NCBI RefSeq assembly: GCF_000175255.2
Contig: NC_017262.1
Location: 1,290,001-1,322,000 of the forward strand
Length of the DNA: 32,000 nt
Direction of reading: 5' to 3'
From: Zymomonas mobilis subsp. mobilis ATCC 10988
GTDB lineage: Bacteria; Pseudomonadota; Alphaproteobacteria; Sphingomonadales; Sphingomonadaceae
In this document: piece by piece, positions 19,674-27,584 of the stretch
Position numbering within the stretch: the first letter of the stretch is position 1
Layout of the letters: each line of letters opens with the position of its first letter
Notes under the pieces: model-generated
Databases searched by the model: none
What the model saw: the letters and a program-made list of their open reading frames with translations, nothing else
Told to the model about the DNA's origin: nothing
Program-made: the position numbers and the translations under genes

Positions 19674-20836
19674 AAGATTATCAAATCCGCATTCATAGCC
19701 CCGGCCTGTTTCAAGCCTTCCAAAATGGCGGCCAAATCGCCCGGGGTTGCACCAATGGCATTAACCGCTTTCACGATATCTGTCAGATTGGCACCGTTTT
19801 GAAGATGGAACATCGGAGAACGCGTCTGTTCCGCTGTAATTGTACTATTAGGTGTGACAGCTGTTTGCCCTTGTCCAAAAGCATTAGGCTGGGACACACC
19901 ATAATTCTCATCCACTCGAACCGTTAAACGACCATGGGTGATAGCGGCAGGCGATATGCGAACAGCGCCATTGATCACGATCGTACCGGTTCTGGCATTG
20001 ATCGTCACCCGAGCGCGAGCATCAGCACGATCGACCGGCAGGTTTTCAATCTCACCCATTAAAGCGGTGCGAATTTCTGCCCCTTCAGGTGCCGTGATGG
20101 CTACCGAAACGCCGTCCAAGACATGCGCCCGTCCAGGGCCCAATGCATTGTTGATAGCTGTCGCGACCCGTTGCACATTGGTCAGGTCAGCTTCGCTCAA
20201 GTTAAACTGTAAATACGGCGCAGAAGCGAAACCGGGATCAACCGCTCGTTCAACCGTAGCCCCCGAAGGAATACGCCCAGCGGTTGGAATATTAACCGTT
20301 AGATTGGAACCATCGCGGCCACTAATACCAAGACCACCGACTTCGAGATTGCCTTGTGCCATGGCATAGATTTGACCATCAGCACCATAAAGAGGCGTAA
20401 TCATCAACGCGCCACCGCGAATAGAGCGCGCACGCCCCAAAGCAGAAACGGTGATATCGATAGTTTGTCCGGGTTTCGCAAAAGGTGGCAAATCTGCGGT
20501 AATAATAACCGCTGCCGCATCCTGCAAAGTCGGGCTGACATTGCTCGGCATGCTAAGACCAAAACGAGCGGACAAAGCCGTCATTGCCGCAATGGTATAT
20601 TGCAAACTGGAGTCACCCGTTCCGGCCAAACCCGTAACAATACCATAGCCGGTCAATTGGTTGGTTCGCATCCCTTGGAAGTAACCAAGATCCTTGATCC
20701 GGTCTGCTTTTGCCGCCCCCATAAAGGGCGAAATCAGTGCCAAAAAAGCGAGAAACAGCCCCAAAATACTTTTTTGGAACAGTCTGCCTATCAGGCTTCT
20801 TTCAGATGAAAAAATATCCATAGACTTTCTGCCCAT
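19670..20836 (-). CDS. flgI: flagellar P-ring protein FlgI
   Basis: Start set at ATG 20836, which overlaps the flgH stop (TAATG). 388 aa. The signal peptide ends ...GAAKA, followed by DRIKDL. Conserved motifs are GYGIVTGLAGTGD and a C-terminal GA..ADL.I. Confidence 0.95.
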   Translation of the reverse strand: MGRKSMDIFSSERSLIGRLFQKSILGLFLAFLALISPFMGAAKADRIKDLGYFQGMRTNQLTGYGIVTGLAGTGDSSLQYTIAAMTALSARFGLSMPSNVSPTLQDAAAVIITADLPPFAKPGQTIDITVSALGRARSIRGGALMITPLYGADGQIYAMAQGNLEVGGLGISGRDGSNLTVNIPTAGRIPSGATVERAVDPGFASAPYLQFNLSEADLTNVQRVATAINNALGPGRAHVLDGVSVAITAPEGAEIRTALMGEIENLPVDRADARARVTINARTGTIVINGAVRISPAAITHGRLTVRVDENYGVSQPNAFGQGQTAVTPNSTITAEQTRSPMFHLQNGANLTDIVKAVNAIGATPGDLAAILEGLKQAGAMNADLIIL

Positions 20837-21522
20837 TAAAAAGGACTGATCATTTGGAAGAAGTGACCCAACCAACCCATACGGCTGGCACGCGCAACAT
20901 CTCCGGTTCCGGTGTAGCTGATGCGAGCATCACCAATGCGGGTAGACAAGACATGGTTAGTGCCATCAATATCCCAAGGTCGAACAAGACCGGAAATCCG
21001 GATATGTTCATCCCCACGATTGATGGTCATAATTTTTTCACCACGAATAAGCATAGTCCCATCAGGAAAGACGCGGGCGACGGTTGCCGTAATTTCACCG
21101 GACAGGCTGTTCGACTGTCCAGTCGTGCCTGTTCCTTTGAAATTATGAGAGCTGCTAGCCGTAGCATCTGTCGCTTTAAAAAAGGAAAGGGGGCCGGTCG
21201 TTGGTGGAATAATCGATGCCCCTCCAGAACGAGAGGTCGTCGTATTGGCAGATTTGCTGGCGGCAAAAGATTCAACCAACGTAATCGTCACCATATCGCC
21301 AACATGCGAAGCGCGTGCGCCTGAAATGATCGGCATATAACCATAAGACGGCTGAAAAATAGCGCCATTCGGTACGACTTCCGGCCTTGGATCATCGGGA
21401 TAGGTCGCTGCAAAATTCGGATCTGGCTGGGTAACCTTCTTACGAGCATGGAGCGGTGAAACAGCCAAGACTGCAACCGCTATCAACATTGCCGAAAAAG
21501 AAGGTTTCATAAAATGCGCCAT
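20836..21522 (-). CDS. flgH: flagellar L-ring protein FlgH
   Basis: 228 aa with NGAIFQPSYGYMPIISGARASHVGDMVTITLVE and a C-terminal GWLGHFFQMISPF matching FlgH. The N-terminal signal peptide has no Cys. Confidence 0.93.
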   Translation of the reverse strand: MAHFMKPSFSAMLIAVAVLAVSPLHARKKVTQPDPNFAATYPDDPRPEVVPNGAIFQPSYGYMPIISGARASHVGDMVTITLVESFAASKSANTTTSRSGGASIIPPTTGPLSFFKATDATASSSHNFKGTGTTGQSNSLSGEITATVARVFPDGTMLIRGEKIMTINRGDEHIRISGLVRPWDIDGTNHVLSTRIGDARISYTGTGDVARASRMGWLGHFFQMISPF

Positions 21523-21523
21523 A

Positions 21524-22315
21524 TTAAGAAATCTGCTGGTTGATATATTGCAGCATCTCGTCAGAAGCCTTGACCATTTTCGAGTTCACTTCATAAGCGC
21601 GCTGCGTTTCGATCATATCGACTAATTCCTGAACAATATTGACGTTGGATTGTTCAAGCTCGCCCTGCAAAATATAGCCCATACCATCCTGCTGCGGCAG
21701 ACCGATTTGCGGCTGTCCCGATGATTGGGTTTCAATATAAAGATTCTGACCTGTTGCCTGCAAACCCGCTGGATTGATAAAGCGGACAGTCTGGATCTGT
21801 CCTACTTGGTTCGACTGCGTTTGGCCTTGCAGCTGAACAGAAACCGTTCCATCTTCACCGATTGTGATCTGCTCGGCATTTTGCGGAATATTGATATTCG
21901 GGATTAACGGCTTACCATCATCGGTCACAATCTGACCATCTTGAGATAACTGAAAGTTACCGGCGCGGGTATAACCAATGGTTCCATCTGGTAACTGAAT
22001 CTGGAAATAGCCGACACCTGAAACCGCAAGATCAAGGGAATTGCCGGTATTCACAAAAGACCCTTGGGTTTCCTGCCGTTCAGTGGCGATAGTTTGGACA
22101 CCAGAACCCAAGGTTAAACCCGTTGCATAATAATAGCTGTTGGTTGACTGGGCACCCGGCTGTCTTTCTGCCTGATAAGCCAAGGTCTCAAAGGCTGCCC
22201 GATCACGTTTAAAAGCGGTCGTATTAACGTTCGCAAGGTTGTTTGCGATAATCCGCATACGGGTGTTTTGGGCATCCAATCCGGTTCTTGCAACTTGCAG
22301 CGGCGTCGTTGGCAT
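21524..22315 (-). CDS. flgG: flagellar distal rod protein FlgG
   Basis: 263 aa. The N-terminus reads GLDAQNTRMRIIANNLANVNTTAFKR and the C-terminus reads LEQSNVNIVQELVDMIETQRAYEVNSK. Confidence 0.95.
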   Translation of the reverse strand: MPTTPLQVARTGLDAQNTRMRIIANNLANVNTTAFKRDRAAFETLAYQAERQPGAQSTNSYYYATGLTLGSGVQTIATERQETQGSFVNTGNSLDLAVSGVGYFQIQLPDGTIGYTRAGNFQLSQDGQIVTDDGKPLIPNINIPQNAEQITIGEDGTVSVQLQGQTQSNQVGQIQTVRFINPAGLQATGQNLYIETQSSGQPQIGLPQQDGMGYILQGELEQSNVNIVQELVDMIETQRAYEVNSKMVKASDEMLQYINQQIS

Positions 22316-22367
22316 TCTTTGTATTCCTTACAGTCTAATCTTGTTATGCAGCGGACTTAAGTCAAAC

Positions 22368-23117
22368 CTATTCAGGGATATCCATCAGGCTGGTGCTGCT
22401 TTCATCAAGCTGTCTTGCGGTTGCGACCATTTTGACCGATTGCTCATAAGATCGGCTGGCCTGAATCATATCGACCAAGGCTTGTGTCGGTTCGACATTT
22501 GAATTTTCGAGACTATCCGCCTGAACAGAGGCCGCCGGATCACGGTTTAATGTGCCGCCATCGACAACACGGAATAAACCATCCAATCCCTTTGCAATGC
22601 GATTTCTGGGCTGGGTAGAAGGTGAAACCAATTTGATCTGGTCAATGGCTTCGGGCTGAACCGGATTTTGCCCCGGCAAAATGACATAGACGGTGCCGTC
22701 TTTATCAATCGTAATTTTGTCAGCCGCCCCAATGGTTATAGGGCCTCTTTCGCCGACCAAGGGATGCCCCTCACCATTAACCAGAACGCCCGAATTGGTG
22801 ACTTGCAAGTCACCCCGACGCGTATAGGCTTCTGAACCGTCTTCTGCCTGCACTGCGATCATGGAATCGCCCCCCATCGCGAGATCTAAATCCCGTCCGG
22901 TTTGTTGCACTTCGGCTTTTTGTAAATCAGCCGAATAAATGCCCTGCGATGCCATAGCCCGACTACTGTTACCGCCCCGCAGCCAGAAAGCTGCCTGCGT
23001 TGACAGTTCCTTTTTAAAACCGGGGGTTTCGGTGTTGGACAAATTGGATGCGGTAGCAATCTGCTGCCGCATCGTTGCCCGCATACCAGACAGTGAAGTG
23101 TAAAGAAGACGGTCCAT
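22368..23117 (-). CDS. flgF: flagellar proximal rod protein FlgF
   Basis: 249 aa with rod-family termini (MDRLLYTSLSGM...NLSNTETPGFK and LENSNVEPTQALVDMIQASRSYE) and a position between flgE and flgG. Confidence 0.9.
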   Translation of the reverse strand: MDRLLYTSLSGMRATMRQQIATASNLSNTETPGFKKELSTQAAFWLRGGNSSRAMASQGIYSADLQKAEVQQTGRDLDLAMGGDSMIAVQAEDGSEAYTRRGDLQVTNSGVLVNGEGHPLVGERGPITIGAADKITIDKDGTVYVILPGQNPVQPEAIDQIKLVSPSTQPRNRIAKGLDGLFRVVDGGTLNRDPAASVQADSLENSNVEPTQALVDMIQASRSYEQSVKMVATARQLDESSTSLMDIPE

Positions 23118-23156
23118 TTTATTCCCTATGCTTGTCGGTGATTATTCAGCCAAAAA

Positions 23157-24413
23157 TTATGACTGGATATTCATCACATAGCTGACCATCTGGTTATCCG
23201 TGCTGATAGCCTTGGAGTTCGCCTGAAAGTTGCGCTGTTCAGAAATCAGATTAACCAATTCCTGCGTCAGATCGATATTCGACAATTCCAAAGCACCGGA
23301 CTGCACAGAGCCCAAACCGGAAGTATCGGCTTCACGATAGTTCAGGTTGCCGGACGTACCGGTTACCGTCCAGTTGGCATTACCCGTAGAGTGAAGACCA
23401 TTACGGTTGTTCACATCACCCAAAGCAACGGCACCCAAAATATACTGGTTACCATTGGCAAAGGTAGCGGTTACCTTACCGTCAGTTGCAACGGCAATAT
23501 TGCTGAGGGCTGAAGAAGTGTCGCCGCTTTCATCCTTCTGAATAGGGGAAACCTTGCCGGTTGTATCTTCTGCGCCACTGGCATCCATGATCTTTCCAGT
23601 ATAAGTGCTTCCATTTGAAGCCAGGGTGCCAAGGCTAGTGATATTAGTTAAAGTTGTTCCCGTAGCTGACGGGTTTACGGTGGCGGTTGCATTGGTTGAC
23701 GTGTAGGTAACCGTATTGGCCACACGCGTACTAGCATTATCTACCCTACCGCCTGTAATGGTTAATACGCCACCTGAAAGTTTCGTGTTCGCTGTATCTG
23801 TGTATCCGGCACCGCCTAGCGTAATTTTTGCACCATAGATCGTGTGACCATCAACCGTAACATTTCCAGTTGCAGCTAAACTATTGCCTACAGTGACCAA
23901 GCTGCCTTTATCGGTAGAATCAAGCGTTATCTGGTCTTCATAAGACGGCAGAGTTAAATTTTTGACCGTACGTCCACCCGTTGCCGAAGCCGTATCGCCA
24001 TTGGTGTAGATATTGCCAGAATTATCGGTTGCATAGACCTGCAGATAATGGCCATCAGAGGTAACAACATTGTTATTCTTGTCGGTCAGGAAGCTACCAT
24101 CACGGGTCAAAGAAATCGTGCCGGAAGCGCCTTGGGATTTAACCAAGAAGAAACCATCACCATTGACCATCATGTCAAGCGCGCGGTTAGTGGTCTTCAT
24201 GCTACCAGAGGTAAAATCCTGAATAGTGGCACGGAGGCGAGTACCCTGACCAATATTTTTGGCAGAAGCAAGCGGAGAATCCGCAACCAATTCACCAAAA
24301 TCGGTCGTGGTTTTCTTAAAACCATAAGAACCGGAGTTGGCGATATTGTTTGACGTAACCGAAAGGTCAGTCTGGGCAGCATTAAGACCCGTTAAAGAGG
24401 TATAAAAAGCCAT
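23157..24413 (-). CDS. flgE: flagellar hook protein FlgE
   Basis: 418 aa. The N-terminus is MAFYTSLTGLNAAQTDLSVTSNNIANSGSYGFK and the C-terminus is LELSNIDLTQELVNLISEQRNFQANSK. Confidence 0.93.
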   Translation of the reverse strand: MAFYTSLTGLNAAQTDLSVTSNNIANSGSYGFKKTTTDFGELVADSPLASAKNIGQGTRLRATIQDFTSGSMKTTNRALDMMVNGDGFFLVKSQGASGTISLTRDGSFLTDKNNNVVTSDGHYLQVYATDNSGNIYTNGDTASATGGRTVKNLTLPSYEDQITLDSTDKGSLVTVGNSLAATGNVTVDGHTIYGAKITLGGAGYTDTANTKLSGGVLTITGGRVDNASTRVANTVTYTSTNATATVNPSATGTTLTNITSLGTLASNGSTYTGKIMDASGAEDTTGKVSPIQKDESGDTSSALSNIAVATDGKVTATFANGNQYILGAVALGDVNNRNGLHSTGNANWTVTGTSGNLNYREADTSGLGSVQSGALELSNIDLTQELVNLISEQRNFQANSKAISTDNQMVSYVMNIQS

Positions 24414-24453
24414 TTAAAAGCTCTCCTGAAGGAAGGGCAAAGGGTTAAAGGAT

Positions 24454-25146
24454 TTAGCTGATGCTGGTAATGTCGCTGGGATCATAGGTTCCAAGCGATG
24501 TCACGATTTGCGTCGTGCCACTGGCCGGAGAATTGACGGCATCAATCATTGTCCATGTGGATGTAGAGTTGCTGACACTACCACCAGAGCTATTGGTTGC
24601 ATTGACTTTGACAGTCAAAGGCCCTGATACGGCATTGCCGCTGCTGTCATTGCCCGAGAATGAGAAGCTAACATCGCCTGCGCTTTGCGAACCGTAATCT
24701 TTGGAATAGACCACTTTTCCGGCGCTATCGGCAAGGCTGATTTTGACATCGGAAGCGGCGCTATCCAATTTGACCTGTCCGGCAAAGGTGCCATCAATCG
24801 AGGTCGCAATATTGGAACTGACCAAGCCAGCTTTACCGATCCAGTTCGATACATTGCCAAGGCGGGAATTAGAAACATCGCTTTGAATAGAGCTGACCGT
24901 CGTGTTTAACTGGTTAATACCGGCAACACTGGAGAACTGCGCCATCTGGGCGGCCATTTGCGTGTTATCGACCGGACTATCAGGATCTTGATATTTTAGC
25001 TGCGTCGTCAGAAGCGTTAAAAAATCGGTCGAGCTTAAAGCTGCCGTCGGGTCTTTTGAACTGCTTGTGCTATTTGACGAGGTGCTGGAACCACTGGATA
25101 GCTGGTTGATATAACTTTGGCCGGATACCGACGATGTTGATGACAT
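24454..25146 (-). CDS. flgD: flagellar hook assembly (capping) protein FlgD
   Basis: 230 aa with an FLTLLTTQLKYQDPDSPVDNTQMAAQMAQFS motif and a C-terminal beta-rich domain. Confidence 0.9.
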   Translation of the reverse strand: MSSTSSVSGQSYINQLSSGSSTSSNSTSSSKDPTAALSSTDFLTLLTTQLKYQDPDSPVDNTQMAAQMAQFSSVAGINQLNTTVSSIQSDVSNSRLGNVSNWIGKAGLVSSNIATSIDGTFAGQVKLDSAASDVKISLADSAGKVVYSKDYGSQSAGDVSFSFSGNDSSGNAVSGPLTVKVNATNSSGGSVSNSTSTWTMIDAVNSPASGTTQIVTSLGTYDPSDITSIS

Positions 25147-25207
25147 GATATTCTCCTAAAGGTCGCAGATAAGCAAAATGTTAAACTCGGATTACTCTAA
25201 TTTTTAA

Positions 25208-25612
25208 TTAACGTTCCATTTTTAACGTATCGAGCGTGAGCGATTTTGCCGTCTGCATAACCTGCACATTGTTTTGGTAGTCACGTGCGGTTTCAATCAT
25301 CTCGACCATTTCTTGTGCTGTATCGACACCTGCCGCCCATACATCGCCATTTTCATCCGCCAAGGGATGCGTCGGATCGTGAATTTGGGTTGGCGGGCTA
25401 CCTGTTGCGACTACCTTGTTAACTTTGACAGTGGCAATGCCGGGCGATTGGGTCACTGTTGAAAAGATAGGCTTTAAGGGATGAAAGGCTGCTTCCTTGC
25501 TGCTCGCCACGGAATTGGCGTTGGCAAGGTTGGACGCATTGGTATTCAGACGAACCAACTGGGCGGACATAGCCCGACCAGAAATATCAAAAATAGAAAG
25601 AGGCCGATCCAT
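25208..25612 (-). CDS. flgC: flagellar proximal rod protein FlgC
   Basis: 134 aa with FDISGRAMSAQLVRLNTNASNLANANS and a C-terminal EMVEMIETARDYQNN. Confidence 0.95.
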   Translation of the reverse strand: MDRPLSIFDISGRAMSAQLVRLNTNASNLANANSVASSKEAAFHPLKPIFSTVTQSPGIATVKVNKVVATGSPPTQIHDPTHPLADENGDVWAAGVDTAQEMVEMIETARDYQNNVQVMQTAKSLTLDTLKMER

Positions 25613-25620
25613 AAAACGCC

Positions 25621-25974
25621 TTATTCTCCCTTCAAGGATGACATAACGTCAGACATACGATCTTGGATAAAGGTCAATGTCGAACGATATTTCAAACCGT
25701 TTTCGGCAAATTGCGCTTGTTCGGTTGGCAATTCGACCGTGTTTCCATCGATAGATTTGTCAATCGGCACTCGGTATCCCATCGCATCATTGACGGCTTC
25801 TTCAGTCTCATTGCCAGAAGTGGCTTCGCCCAATGCTTTGTTAAAATCGATATCCCGCGCTTTATAGTTAGGTGTTGCCGCATTGGCGATGTTCGAAGCC
25901 AGCATTGCCATGCGTTGATTTCTCAACACAAGAGCATCGCCCTGAATACCGAACAGAGTTGAACTGATCGCCAT
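25621..25974 (-). CDS. flgB: flagellar proximal rod protein FlgB
   Basis: 117 aa with LRNQRMAMLASNIANAATPNYKARD. It is the first gene of the minus-strand flg operon, and an SD AAGGGGG precedes the ATG. Confidence 0.93.
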   Translation of the reverse strand: MAISSTLFGIQGDALVLRNQRMAMLASNIANAATPNYKARDIDFNKALGEATSGNETEEAVNDAMGYRVPIDKSIDGNTVELPTEQAQFAENGLKYRSTLTFIQDRMSDVMSSLKGE

Positions 25975-26020
25975 GTCGCCCCCTTAAAATAGAGTCTCAA
26001 AAAGAATGTGTGGATTTCTA

Positions 26021-26036
26021 TTCAAAAGCTGTGCCA
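26021..26036 (-). promoter_or_regulatory. candidate sigma-54 promoter for the flgB operon (imperfect -12)
   Basis: The minus strand reads TGGCAC-agctt-TTGAa. The -24 element and spacing are perfect, but -12 is TTGA rather than TTGC. It lies about 45 nt upstream of the flgB ATG. Confidence 0.35.
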
Positions 26037-26100
26037 AATGGTTAAATGTCGCGGAAAGGCGATTTCTTCGGCAGGTTTTTAATAGAAAAAAGGCGAGCGA

Positions 26101-26149
26101 TTGCCGGAAGCGGCAAAAATTTGCCGATAGTTGCCGCTTTGCTTTGCCG
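26101..26149. promoter_or_regulatory. array of five TTGCCG hexamers including the dyad CGGCAAA-aa-TTTGCCG
   Basis: TTGCCG occurs at 26101, 26121, 26131 and 26144, and CGGCAA (the reverse complement) at 26111. The first four starts are exactly 10 bp apart. The 16-bp dyad spans 26111-26126. The array lies in the divergent flgB / stator-2 intergenic region. Confidence 0.5.
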
Positions 26150-26186
26150 GATGCCATCTTATTTTTCTTACAAAAAGAGGGGCTTA

Positions 26187-26882
26187 ATGTATCTTCTGAC
26201 GTCAGTTAGTCATTTTTTTGACGCCGCCGCCTTTCTGCTGGTGCTTGTGGGAAGTTTTCTTATTGCCCTATTCCGATCAACAGCGGCTGACATTCTGCGG
26301 GCATTTAAAGCCTTCCAGCCGTTACTCACGGCCAAGCCAGAACATGATGGCGAAGTTGCCGATCGGGCATTGCAGGCGGTATTACAGCAAACCAAGGCAA
26401 AAGGTATCGCGACGGCTGATCGGATAGATATTACTTTTGCGCCTCTCTTTTTACAAAAGGCGGTAGGTCGGCTGACTGACTGCCGTGACCCTGATGATTT
26501 CCGGCAATGGATAACGGGACAATTGGAAAAACGGAAGAATCGGCATCAAGGGGCAATCAATTTTTGGTATATCGTGGGCGATGTTGCTCCCTCTGTCGCC
26601 ATGATTGGGACGGTTGTCGGGTTGGTCAACATGTTTTCCCATCTAAGCGACGTTAACAGTCTGGGGCCTTCTATGGCGATGGCTATTTTAACCACGCTTT
26701 ATGGCTTATGTCTTTCAACCTTGATTGCTGCCCCGATCGCCGGACGGTTGGAATATCTATCGGACATGGAAGGGCAATGGTGGAAAAGAGTGGCGGACAC
26801 TCTGATTTCTTCTGTTACGGATGAATTGAAGCCGCCGGTTATCAAACTGCCCCCCGTCAAAACCAGTATAATAGAGGACTAA
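26187..26882 (+). CDS. MotA/PomA-family stator A-subunit paralog lacking TM1 (3 predicted TM helices)
   Basis: Start set at ATG 26187, preceded by AGAGGGG. 231 aa. The cytoplasmic loop and TM motifs (FWYIVGDVAPSVAMIGTVVGL and AILTTLYGLCLSTLIAAPIAGRL) resemble PomA/MotA TM3 and TM4. The upstream in-frame extension to 26046 is not hydrophobic. Confidence 0.8.
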   Translation: MYLLTSVSHFFDAAAFLLVLVGSFLIALFRSTAADILRAFKAFQPLLTAKPEHDGEVADRALQAVLQQTKAKGIATADRIDITFAPLFLQKAVGRLTDCRDPDDFRQWITGQLEKRKNRHQGAINFWYIVGDVAPSVAMIGTVVGLVNMFSHLSDVNSLGPSMAMAILTTLYGLCLSTLIAAPIAGRLEYLSDMEGQWWKRVADTLISSVTDELKPPVIKLPPVKTSIIED

Positions 26883-26887
26883 ATCCC

Positions 26888-27544
26888 GTGAAGCTGAAAA
26901 GAAATTCACGCTGGACAGTCAGCTATATCGACCTTTTGATGACGATTCTCGGCTTTTTTGTGCTGCTTTATGCCCGAGAGCATGACCCGAAAGAAGTTGC
27001 GGATAGCTTACGCTCTGCCTTTAATCACGAAGATCACAATAGGCAGAAAAATAATGGGGCAGGGGGCAGCGCTCTTCAATCAGATGTCAATAAGACGGCT
27101 TCGCCAGCTGATGCAATGAAAGCCAATGATACAAATACAAGCAATGCCAAAGACGATAACAAAAGCACAACCGACAATTGTTTAACTAAAACAGGTGCCG
27201 CTTGTCCGACGCAAGATTTTCTGGCGGATGATTTATTTTCGCCTCAAGATGCCATTTTGACAGATAAAGGGAAGGCTGCATTAGCCCAATTTGCCAAGAA
27301 AGCGGCACGGGCATCAGCTTATTTTATGATTGAAAGCCATGGCATTGGTAATGGCACTGCCCGATTTGATAAATGGGAACTGGCGGCGGCACGAACAGCT
27401 TCGGTGGCAAGACAGCTCAAATCATCAGGCGTTGATGAAAATCATTTAAAAATCATGATGGCACCCGATAACCCCTTGGCGGATAACGGCCAGCATTTAC
27501 TCATTACCATTAGTAAAGAGAATAAGACGATGCCTGTAAAATAA
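26888..27544 (+). CDS. MotB-like stator B-subunit paralog with degenerate OmpA-like domain
   Basis: GTG start 9 nt after GAGGA. 218 aa. The TM segment with Asp is WTVSYIDLLMTILGFFVLLYA. A low-complexity N/D/K/T linker follows. The C-domain (IESHGIGNG...KWELAAARTASVARQL...GQHLLITI) is alignable by eye to the GHTD...NWTLSAARA...NRRMSI motifs of MotB in this window. Confidence 0.7.
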   Translation: MKLKRNSRWTVSYIDLLMTILGFFVLLYAREHDPKEVADSLRSAFNHEDHNRQKNNGAGGSALQSDVNKTASPADAMKANDTNTSNAKDDNKSTTDNCLTKTGAACPTQDFLADDLFSPQDAILTDKGKAALAQFAKKAARASAYFMIESHGIGNGTARFDKWELAAARTASVARQLKSSGVDENHLKIMMAPDNPLADNGQHLLITISKENKTMPVK

Positions 27545-27584
27545 CGATAGAAGGCTCTTTGCACCCTTTCTTCACGCTAATTTA

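Noticed and set aside
17797-21324. Many plus-strand ORFs of 60-156 aa inside flgK, flgJ, flgI and flgH (for example 18063-18380, 19938-20369, 20354-20809, 20854-21324).
   Set aside because: They are antisense to genes with unmistakable flagellar protein motifs. They are rich in Arg, Ser and Pro as expected for the reverse frames of Ala/Gly/Thr-rich genes, and have no SD or independent support.
26111-26126. Sigma-54 reading of cGGcaaaaatttGCc upstream of stator-2.
   Set aside because: The GG-to-GC spacing is 9 nt rather than the invariant 10, and TGGCAC is not matched. It is better explained as the dyad of the TTGCCG array.
26046-26186. The longer 278-aa version of the stator-2 A-subunit ORF, starting at 26046.
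   Set aside because: The extra 47 residues are basic and non-hydrophobic, so they are not a TM1. They run through the TTGCCG regulatory array. ATG 26187 has a good SD (AGAGGGG).
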